Assembly (NCBI GenBank): GCA_943353855.1
Contig: CALRBD010000006.1
Coordinates: forward strand, 1-24,000
DNA length: 24,000 nucleotides
Direction: 5' to 3'
From: an uncultured Candidatus Saccharimonas sp.
GTDB lineage: Bacteria > Patescibacteriota > Saccharimonadia > Saccharimonadales > AWTP1-31
Shown here one piece after another: positions 18,001 through 22,856 of this stretch. The translations under genes were made by a program, and so were the position numbers. The number at the start of each line of letters is the position of its first letter. The first letter of the stretch is position 1. Below the pieces are notes generated by a model, which was not told the origin of the DNA, did not search any database, and worked only from the letters and a program-made list of their open reading frames with translations.

Positions 18001-18263
18001 ACTTTAACAGTGGCGCCCCCAGTACTCAGAAAGCCTTCATTAAAGGGCCCACTCCCTGCCTTGATTCCGTCAGAATTCAGCTTGTCTTGCACGCATCTAG
18101 CCATTGCTTCAAGCTTTAAAATCGTAGAGACTTTAGTAGTTAGCTGGCTTTCGTTTAATGCCGCACTGGCTTTTTGGGGTGATAATAAAGAGACTCCAAC
18201 AAAACTAAGTATAAAAACAAATGTTAGAGTTATCGATGAAATTTTGTTCATATATTTATTCAT
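15057..18263 (-). CDS. VirB6/TrbL-like polytopic T4SS channel protein with a large N-terminal ectodomain, a Gly/Ala/Arg-rich C-terminal region and a terminal S74 intramolecular-chaperone domain
   Basis: Signal/anchor sequence MNKYMNKISSITLTFVFILSFVGVSLLSPQKASA, then a Cys-containing ectodomain of about 340 aa. A block of hydrophobic helices at nt about 16415-17180 (e.g. LVLLMAFVTLIARQMFIIVLILFAPLAILAWIFPG) is typical of TrbL/VirB6. A tail of about 360 aa follows. The last 88 aa (nt 15060-15323) read SDRRLKKEIKYF...YVGVIAQEIAKQYPEAVTV...YYKVYYSRI, a good match to the endosialidase/tail-fibre chaperone (Peptidase_S74) domain. I moved the start to the ATG at 18263 because the track's GTG at 18332 overlaps a good promoter. 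Confidence 0.8.
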   Translation of the reverse strand: MNKYMNKISSITLTFVFILSFVGVSLLSPQKASAALNESQLTTKVSTILKLEAMARCVQDKLNSDGIKAGSGPFNEGFLSTGGATVKVGHIVEQQYGDWDCEDGKSSRQDAWFKLLLVNGSDSKRYTGWYSGDNPYAGPSTGNLKKNDNSLYFINRNNVPNYTYKESDGFLTGKTGGPAKAKVKDQINASIKKQNEGVSDDEKKAMTYLNYSAAFVKGCGAKIVTNVYGSNSDTVTIGDKTYTVNDDNGTASVGYGTHGVEDGEQSCVNIGNRMSNNYAAYAKVTGNKDQIPPGIANSDSGSTTGGADDSCEGQSGVTGWFGCPIINIIGSTTTWIDDQVQNLMVLQPNQYKENAGLKSAWTGFRNIALSLLVAAMMIIVISTALGLSFLDAYTVKKAFPKLIASIIFILLSWWLCILLIDVTTSIGQGLLGIMQAPFGNIGNENISTLFKVDGADGALQGGVLFVGAVSIFATSGALGIVGTWLGGALLVLLMAFVTLIARQMFIIVLILFAPLAILAWIFPGSAKAWQFWWSNFTKLLLMYPMVMALIGAGRIFAFSAAGAFTGLYGTIIKLTAYVIPYALIPFTFKAAGGVFGAVASKIQDTGRPGLDKLRKRRQQGYAQMGRDAKTGDLIRSGRYGQSISAGLNRGVSGLATGTRGRFGIGTKGNEARKRNLSNISGDAAKDPAFQNFLTRDGEAATVSALSGGTTAGGREAVNDLVRGQMETFDRQNPGATAQARDEFEATQTARFNRAYQAAAVQGFSKTNSAAAIANMGANKGMGIANGDVGSFERGIARMGGSALEQEDLRGAAAFSLRGAQRMDIGGGLGDAAANPDTYRARRNAYKDTSKRVGAAAMVTNAESAAATRDIVRTDAARVATMDPTMLDEDRADSFTFGHELITGLYQGSLGESRDEAIGMLQDLGIDPDLGQPAVTEMLANHFGYTTDPSRAGRMSILSNGRVAELIDPTMRSRTSSQPTTSDRRLKKEIKYFYTNDSGIKVYRYKYLWSEVEYVGVIAQEIAKQYPEAVTVDKWGYYKVYYSRIDIDFITYAEFKKRSSVVISSEIKS

Positions 18264-18303
18264 ATTTTTTTGAGTTAAGCGCCCAGACTTATTTGATAAA
18301 GTA

Positions 18304-18332
18304 ATTATAGTGCTTATGCATGATGCCCACAA
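18304..18332 (-). promoter_or_regulatory. candidate sigma70-type promoter of the minus-strand T4SS operon
   Basis: On the minus strand: TTGTGG (18332-18327), a 17-nt spacer, then TATAAT (18309-18304). This lies about 40 nt upstream of the ATG at 18263. Confidence 0.4.
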
Positions 18333-18384
18333 CTATTATATTAAGATAAATAAAATATATTAACAATGTATCACTAGTAAGTAA

Positions 18385-18414
18385 TTGTAATTATCATGGC
18401 CGTCTGCTTATAAT
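18385..18414 (+). promoter_or_regulatory. candidate sigma70-type promoter of the pilin operon
   Basis: TTGTAA (18385-18390), an 18-nt spacer, then TATAAT (18409-18414). This lies about 40 nt upstream of the ATG at 18455. Confidence 0.4.
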
Positions 18415-18454
18415 GAAAAGAAGCATAAATATAAAGTAGTACCAAACAATATAG

Positions 18455-18898
18455 ATGACCCTATCAAATACTAGAACAACGATATTCACGACACTGGCTA
18501 TAGTTATAGCTAGTATATTTTTAATTTTTGCGTTTTGGGCACCTACAAAAGTACAAGCTGGCGGTAATCCTGCTGATAATCCCGACACTGCACAGCCTAC
18601 TGATGTGCCTCCTAAAAGAACAGACCCGACTGCTGAATGCCAAAAAGGAATAGAAGATTATGAAACCTGCGGCGTTACAAGAAATATAGTCCTGTTGATC
18701 AATGTTTTATCTGCGACACTTGGAGTTGTGGTTACCGCAGTCATTATTATTGCAGGAATACAATACTCAGCTTCAGCGGGTAATCCACAGGCCGCTGCTG
18801 CTGCTCGTCAAAGAATTGTTAATGCTGCCCTTGCACTATTATTTTTTGCAGGAATGTATGGTTTTCTACAGTGGATTGTGCCTGGAGGATTACTATGA
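18455..18898 (+). CDS. VirB2/TrbC-like T4SS pilin paralog 1
   Basis: 147 aa. Signal/anchor sequence ending VQA, a variable region with a Cys pair (AECQKGIEDYETCG), then a two-helix hairpin with the loop motif GIQYSASAGNP shared in variant form by the five downstream genes. Confidence 0.75.
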   Translation: MTLSNTRTTIFTTLAIVIASIFLIFAFWAPTKVQAGGNPADNPDTAQPTDVPPKRTDPTAECQKGIEDYETCGVTRNIVLLINVLSATLGVVVTAVIIIAGIQYSASAGNPQAAAAARQRIVNAALALLFFAGMYGFLQWIVPGGLL

Positions 18899-19356
18899 AG
18901 CGGTTAGGCTTTTTTTCAATAACCTTGTTAACTATGTGCCTTGTTTTTACAGTTACACCTAAGGTCCAAGCTGCCGTAGCTCCTGGTTGCGATAAGAGCT
19001 CCGCATTCCTCGGGATGCCTGTTTGGTATAAATACCTTGATGTTGGACCAGAAACATTACAAGATAATAAAGTCGACCCATGCGCAATAACAGGGCCAAA
19101 GAATGCTGAAGGTGGATTAGACATCCAGAAGGCGATTCCCCGAGTTGGTCTTGCGGTAGTTGAAATATTATTAAGAATTGCTGGAATGGTAGCCGTAGCT
19201 TTTGTAATATACGGAGGTTTTAAGTTCGTTACTAGCCAAGGTGAACCTGAAGCCTACAAGACAGCTCAACGAACAATAATTAACGCATTGATAGGTGTCG
19301 CAATTTCGGTCCTAGCGGTAACCATTGTTAGTGTTATTGGAGGGGCGATATTATGA
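18895..19356 (+). CDS. VirB2/TrbC-like T4SS pilin paralog 2
   Basis: Start moved to the ATG at 18895 (GGAGGA at 18884-18889, ATGA overlap with paralog 1). Signal peptide MKRLGFFSITLLTMCLVFTVTPKVQA, a Cys pair (APGCDKS...VDPCAI) and a hairpin with GGFKFVTSQGEP. Confidence 0.8.
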   Translation: MKRLGFFSITLLTMCLVFTVTPKVQAAVAPGCDKSSAFLGMPVWYKYLDVGPETLQDNKVDPCAITGPKNAEGGLDIQKAIPRVGLAVVEILLRIAGMVAVAFVIYGGFKFVTSQGEPEAYKTAQRTIINALIGVAISVLAVTIVSVIGGAIL

Positions 19357-19655
19357 TCCATCGTTTAACCCATTTCAAGCAAATAGCACAGACTGTAATT
19401 GACTCTAAAAAATTAAATATTCCACAAAAAGGATTAACTAATGATACAGTAGACAACATTTCGAAAATTGTCTTTGGTACGCTAGGTGCTGTAGCGCTTA
19501 TTATCATTATTATCGCTGGCATTAAATTTATGACATCACAAGGTAATCCAGAAGCCCTTGCCAAGGCGCGCAATACTATAATCTATGCGGCAGTCGGACT
19601 GGCAGTAGCAGTTGGAGCCTTCAGTATCGTTACGTTTGTAATAGGTAGACTGTAG
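19353..19655 (+). CDS. VirB2/TrbC-like T4SS pilin paralog 3 (short form, no signal peptide, no Cys)
   Basis: 100 aa with an ATGA overlap with paralog 2. Hydrophilic N-terminus (MIHRLTHFKQIAQTVIDSKKLNIPQKG), then the conserved hairpin with AGIKFMTSQGNP. Confidence 0.75.
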   Translation: MIHRLTHFKQIAQTVIDSKKLNIPQKGLTNDTVDNISKIVFGTLGAVALIIIIIAGIKFMTSQGNPEALAKARNTIIYAAVGLAVAVGAFSIVTFVIGRL

Positions 19656-20078
19656 ATGAAGAAATATATATCTATTATCGCTGCATTTTTTTTACTCACG
19701 TCTCTTAGTACTGGAAACGTGTTTGCAGCCGTCGTGGATCCTCCTGCGGGGTACGCGGGCCCTTACGCAGAGGTTTGCGCCGATAACCCTAGCGCTACGG
19801 TCTGTCAAGATCAGGAGAAGCTTTCAACAGATACGAATACATCGCCAATATACGGTCCTGACGGTGTTCTTCCAAAAGTGGCAAACATTCTGGCTATTGC
19901 AGCGGGAATAATTGCGGTAGTAATGATCATGGTAAGTGGTCTTAAGATGATTACATCAACTGGAGATAGTAAGAAATTTGGCGATGCCCGAAACGGTATC
20001 ATATATGCCTCAGTCGGTCTGGTCATAGTTTTGATGGCAAGAGTAATAATAGAATTTATATTGAGGACAATAGCATGA
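19656..20078 (+). CDS. VirB2/TrbC-like T4SS pilin paralog 4
   Basis: 140 aa, starting immediately after the paralog 3 stop. Signal peptide MKKYISIIAAFFLLTSLSTGNVFA, a Cys pair (EVCADNPSATVCQD) and a hairpin with SGLKMITSTGDS. Confidence 0.8.
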   Translation: MKKYISIIAAFFLLTSLSTGNVFAAVVDPPAGYAGPYAEVCADNPSATVCQDQEKLSTDTNTSPIYGPDGVLPKVANILAIAAGIIAVVMIMVSGLKMITSTGDSKKFGDARNGIIYASVGLVIVLMARVIIEFILRTIA

Positions 20079-20470
20079 AATACACACAAAAATTATTAAG
20101 AGCAACTAGCATTTTTATAATGTGCCTTTTCATTATAACTCCCCATATTGCACTTGCAGCATCCGGCGCATCCAAAGATGCTTTATGTGGTGGAGCTGGA
20201 CTAGTTGGTGGTGGTACCGGTTGCACGGCTCCGCCAGGATCCTCATCAGTAGATTCAGTAATTAAAAAAAGCATAAACATCTTTAGCGCAGTAATAGGCA
20301 TAATTGCAGTAGTAATGGTCATGGTTGGAGGATTGAAATATATTACTTCACAGGGCGATGCAGCTGCTACTGCTACTGCTAAAAATACCATACTCTATGC
20401 CGCCGTTGGCCTTGTAGTTGTTGCTCTTGCTCAAGTTATTGTAAGATTTGTTCTAAGTAGGTTTTCCTAA
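20075..20470 (+). CDS. VirB2/TrbC-like T4SS pilin paralog 5
   Basis: 131 aa with an ATGA overlap with paralog 4. Signal peptide ending ALA, a Cys pair (DALCGGAGLVGGGTGCT) and a hairpin with GGLKYITSQGDA. The C-terminal helix is nearly identical to that of paralog 6. Confidence 0.8.
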   Translation: MKYTQKLLRATSIFIMCLFIITPHIALAASGASKDALCGGAGLVGGGTGCTAPPGSSSVDSVIKKSINIFSAVIGIIAVVMVMVGGLKYITSQGDAAATATAKNTILYAAVGLVVVALAQVIVRFVLSRFS

Positions 20471-20486
20471 TATGTAGCAAAACCAC

Positions 20487-20516
20487 TTGTAATTACTAAA
20501 ATAGTTATGGTATAAA
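20487..20516 (+). promoter_or_regulatory. candidate internal promoter for pilin paralog 6
   Basis: TTGTAA (20487-20492), an 18-nt spacer, then TATAAA (20511-20516) preceded by TGG (extended -10). The -35 hexamer and spacing match the candidate promoter at 18385-18414. Confidence 0.35.
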
Positions 20517-20544
20517 AATAAGTAAGATTAACGAAAGGTTCATA

Positions 20545-20955
20545 ATGATCAAGAAAATAAAAATAACTTTAATAGGACTAATGGCAGCGGCAGCATTAAT
20601 CGTTCCCCTAACTATCCCGGCTAGCGTATACGCTGAGGACATACAAAAGAGTCTATGCGGAGGTACAGACCTAACTCTTGCTAAAGATGGTGGCAACTGC
20701 ACAAACCCAGATGCCGAGCTTAAAGTAAACAACACTATTACTCTTGCTCTTAATGTATTCTCTGCAATTGTTGGTATTATTGCTGTCGTCATGATTATCG
20801 TTGGAGGTGTGAAATATATTACTTCACAGGGTGAATCCGCAAATATAACATCAGCTAAGAATACGATTCTTTATGCTCTAGTAGGACTTGTTGTGGTCGC
20901 ACTGGCTCAAGTTATCGTAAGATTTGTACTCACTCGATTCGTTGGCAATAACTAA
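20545..20955 (+). CDS. VirB2/TrbC-like T4SS pilin paralog 6
   Basis: 136 aa. Signal peptide MIKKIKITLIGLMAAAALIVPLTIPASVYA, a Cys pair (SLCGGTDLTLAKDGGNCT) and a hairpin with GGVKYITSQGES. It is separated from paralog 5 by a 74-bp spacer. Confidence 0.8.
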   Translation: MIKKIKITLIGLMAAAALIVPLTIPASVYAEDIQKSLCGGTDLTLAKDGGNCTNPDAELKVNNTITLALNVFSAIVGIIAVVMIIVGGVKYITSQGESANITSAKNTILYALVGLVVVALAQVIVRFVLTRFVGNN

Positions 20956-20971
20956 CGCAGCCTAATGTTTC

Positions 20972-20997
20972 AAAACCCCCACCAGGGGGTTTTATTC
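20972..20997 (+). terminator. rho-independent terminator of the pilin operon
   Basis: AAAACCCCC (20972-20980), loop ACCA, GGGGGTTTT (20985-20993), followed by a T-rich run. Confidence 0.75.
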
Positions 20998-21028
20998 TAA
21001 CTAAATATCTTTATTGATACAAGCATAT

Positions 21029-21057
21029 AGAAAAGCCCCTATGTTAGGGGCTTTTCT
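21029..21057. terminator. bidirectional hairpin terminator, probably serving the minus-strand hsp20 gene
   Basis: AGAAAAGCCCCT (21029-21040), loop ATGTT, AGGGGCTTTTCT (21046-21057). This is a perfect 12-bp stem flanked by A/T runs, 20 nt beyond the hsp20 stop. Confidence 0.75.
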
Positions 21058-21076
21058 ATATGAGTTAGGAATTACC

Positions 21077-21547
21077 CTAAAGGACTTGAATTTTCTTTAC
21101 TGAATCTTGCTTAAGCTTAGCAAAGCTAATAGTCAAGACTCCGTCTTTAAGCACAGCTTCAATCTCTTCTTCTTTTACAGGAACAGGTAGAGTGATACTA
21201 CGAGAGAACTCTCCCCAATAACATTCTTGTACAAAGTAGTTCTCTACGTCGTCTTCGTTGCCTGCAGAAAGCGTTCCACGAATACTTAGAGTATTGTCTG
21301 CAATACTTACATCGAGTTCGCTCTTGTTGACTCCAGCAGTTCTTGCCTTAACGACAATCTTCTCTTTTGTCTCATAGACGTCTACTGCAAGCTGTCCTGG
21401 AACTGCTTCTTCTTCATCCCACTCTTCTGCAATTGCTACTGTTTCTTCGACTGGTACAGAAGCAGATGGAGCATCGTCTTCGCCTAAAAAGGCTGCAGTT
21501 AGCTCATCTTCCATTAGTAGATCTTCATCGCGGTTTCTTCGCGCCAT
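21077..21547 (-). CDS. Hsp20/alpha-crystallin family small heat-shock protein
   Basis: Alpha-crystallin domain (GQLAVDVYETKEKIVVKARTAGVNKSELDVSIADNTLSIRG...ITLPVPVKEEEIEAVLKDGVLTISFAK) after an acidic N-terminus. Start set at the ATG 21547-21545, preceded by GGAGGG. The track's longer form (to 21637) would run through the promoter. Confidence 0.9.
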   Translation of the reverse strand: MARRNRDEDLLMEDELTAAFLGEDDAPSASVPVEETVAIAEEWDEEEAVPGQLAVDVYETKEKIVVKARTAGVNKSELDVSIADNTLSIRGTLSAGNEDDVENYFVQECYWGEFSRSITLPVPVKEEEIEAVLKDGVLTISFAKLKQDSVKKIQVL

Positions 21548-21608
21548 TTTAGTTATTACCCTCCACGTATCAGATATATTATTATTTCTACATTTTTGTC
21601 TTACCTGA

Positions 21609-21637
21609 AGTATACGTGAGGTATATAGGAGTCGCAA
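21609..21637 (-). promoter_or_regulatory. candidate hsp20 promoter
   Basis: On the minus strand: TTGCGA (21637-21632), a 17-nt spacer, then TATACT (21614-21609). I did not recognise a CIRCE- or HAIR-type operator. Confidence 0.35.
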
Positions 21638-21720
21638 GTAATGACAGCATATTTACAACACAATATCTACAACACCTCTTTAGTTCCTAGCCGTAACCAG
21701 TGATGTCAACAGAACTAGTC

Positions 21721-21749
21721 TTGTTCTAGGGTCTATTCCCTGCTATAAT
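21721..21749 (+). promoter_or_regulatory. candidate promoter of tRNA-Ser(UGA)
   Basis: TTGTTC (21721-21726), a 17-nt spacer, then TATAAT (21744-21749). This lies 12 nt upstream of the mature tRNA 5' end. Confidence 0.5.
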
Positions 21750-21761
21750 CACCCCTGTTGA

Positions 21762-21851
21762 GGAAGGGTGTCCGAGTGGTCGAAGGAAACGGTCTTGAAA
21801 ACCGTCGTGCCGGCAACGGTACCGTGGGTTCGAATCCCACCCCTTCCGCCA
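21762..21851 (+). tRNA. tRNA-Ser (anticodon UGA), CCA encoded
   Basis: Acceptor stem GGAAGGG/CCCTTCC, anticodon loop CTTGAAA, a long class-II variable arm (TCGTGCCGGCAACGGTACCGT), T-loop GGTTCGAATCC and a 3' GCCA. Confidence 0.9.
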
Positions 21852-21862
21852 GTAATCAAACT

Positions 21863-21890
21863 AAAGAGTTCATATGAGCTCTTTTTATTT
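21863..21890 (+). terminator. hairpin plus T-run after tRNA-Ser(UGA)
   Basis: AAAGAGTTC, loop ATAT, GAGCTCTTT (one G-T pair), followed by TTATTT. Confidence 0.5.
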
Positions 21891-21904
21891 ACCTTATTTT
21901 ATCT

Positions 21905-21933
21905 AAAAATTAAAAAACCCTAGTTTAACTAGG
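21905..21933 (-). terminator. rho-independent terminator after tRNA-Arg (minus strand)
   Basis: On the minus strand: CCTAGT, short loop, ACTAGG, then GTTTTTTAATTTTT. Confidence 0.55.
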
Positions 21934-21941
21934 ATCTTAAG

Positions 21942-22018
21942 TGGTGTACCCGACAGGATTCGAACCTACGACCTTCGGCTCCGCAAGCCGACGCTCTATC
22001 CAGCTGAGCTACGGGTAC
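21942..22018 (-). tRNA. tRNA-Arg (anticodon GCG), CCA encoded
   Basis: The reverse complement reads GTACCCGTAGCTCAGCTGGATAGAGCGTCGGCTTGCGGAGCCGAAGGTCGTAGGTTCGAATCCTGTCGGGTACACCA. Acceptor stem GTACCCG/CGGGTAC, anticodon stem TCGGC/GCCGA and loop TTGCGGA (anticodon GCG). A in the D-loop at the position-20 region and discriminator A fit arginine identity. Confidence 0.8.
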
Positions 22019-22073
22019 AAACAACAGGGGTTATAATACCATGATATACATATTTGTTCCAGTTAAACTGCTG

Positions 22074-22583
22074 CTAGAACCTTAGGCGGTGCATAAGACG
22101 GTCTATTGGATCTAATTTTCTTTCCTCGTAAGGAATGAATGTGCCAAGTAGATTGACGATCTTCTGACCTTCTTCAGGAGAGAAATAAATACTAAGGCCC
22201 GGAGCAAAGCGTTGCATTGGCATGAACCATACGCTTTGTATGCCCTCTTCCTGAATTATAGAGAAAGACTTAAAGTTACTATAACTATACAGCTTTTTAT
22301 CTACCTTAACTCCCTCGCTACTAATTAAATAAGGTAGTTCACGAGGTTTCTTTGAGGCTATATATCCAAAAAGGATTGCCGACAATAGTACGATTACCGC
22401 AGTAAAAATGTCTGCAAAAATAAATGCTAAAGCTGTTAGACCTACACTAATAAAACCAAGAATTATATACCAGCCAGCATTTTTTTTGTGTTCAATAAAT
22501 TCAGAAGCCGTCCACGAAAGTTCTTCGGAGGCTTTAGGGCTTTCTTTAGTTAGGGGCTTCTCTTGTAGATCTTCGTTCTGCAT
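22074..22583 (-). CDS. hypothetical membrane protein (two TM helices plus a C-terminal soluble domain)
   Basis: 169-aa ORF with a polar N-terminus, a hydrophobic hairpin (GWYIILGFISVGLTALAFIFADIFTAVIVLLSAILFGYI) and a C-terminal domain of about 90 aa. I recognised no family. Confidence 0.55.
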   Translation of the reverse strand: MQNEDLQEKPLTKESPKASEELSWTASEFIEHKKNAGWYIILGFISVGLTALAFIFADIFTAVIVLLSAILFGYIASKKPRELPYLISSEGVKVDKKLYSYSNFKSFSIIQEEGIQSVWFMPMQRFAPGLSIYFSPEEGQKIVNLLGTFIPYEERKLDPIDRLMHRLRF

Positions 22584-22715
22584 GTATCTATTGTATATAA
22601 TAATCCATCACTATGCTATGCATAACCAGTAACTAAGAGAAAGACTGGCACTCTTATACCCTTTGATGGTATAATTGGCCTCTGTTAGGTATCATAAGAA
22701 GCCTAGTACAGTTGC

Positions 22716-22808
22716 GGAGGGGTACCCAAGTGGCTTAAGGGGACGGTTTGCTAAATCGTTAGTGGGGCGCAAGTTCCAGCGAGGGTTCGAATCCCTCCTC
22801 CTCCGCCA
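22716..22808 (+). tRNA. tRNA-Ser (anticodon GCU), CCA encoded
   Basis: Acceptor stem GGAGGGG/CTCCTCC (one G-U pair), anticodon stem ACGGT/ATCGT with loop TTGCTAA, a long variable arm (TAGTGGGGCGCAAGTTCCAGC), T-arm GAGGGTTCGAATCCCTC and a 3' GCCA. A TGGTATAAT extended -10 element lies about 45 nt upstream. Confidence 0.9.
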
Positions 22809-22821
22809 TAAAGCCGTTTCT

Positions 22822-22856
22822 AAAAAGACTAACTGTTACGTTAGTCTTTTTTTATC
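22822..22856. terminator. bidirectional terminator shared by tRNA-Ser(GCU) and the convergent minus-strand CDS
   Basis: AAAAAGACTAAC (22822-22833), loop TGTTAC, GTTAGTCTTTTT (22840-22851), followed by further T residues. A/T runs lie on both sides. Confidence 0.65.

Noticed and set aside
5430-18263. Prophage or tailocin interpretation, prompted by the phage-tail-lysozyme and tail-fibre S74 chaperone domains
   Set aside because: I saw no capsid, portal, terminase, sheath, tube, baseplate or integrase genes. Both phage-like modules are domains embedded in proteins whose other parts and neighbours (VirB4, PrgI-like, TrbL/VirB6-like) are T4SS components.
18264-18332. GTG-initiated 23-codon extension of the VirB6-like gene, and the 18394..18588 minus-strand ORF
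   Set aside because: The extension overlaps a well-formed TTGTGG-17-TATAAT promoter and precedes a proper signal/anchor sequence starting at the ATG at 18263. The 18394..18588 ORF is antisense to pilin 1 and spans the promoter region.
21548-21637. 30-codon N-terminal extension of the Hsp20 gene
   Set aside because: The ATG at 21547 has a GGAGGG ribosome-binding site. The extension covers the likely promoter and encodes no Hsp20-like sequence.
21762-22808. The tRNA cluster as the attachment site of an integrated conjugative element carrying the T4SS
   Set aside because: By eye I found no copy of any tRNA 3' end elsewhere in the window, for example near 4.8 kb. The other boundary of the locus overlaps the recF stop codon, leaving no room for an att repeat. 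An hsp20 gene with its own terminators separates the tRNAs from the pilin operon. A whole-genome repeat search would be needed to exclude it fully.
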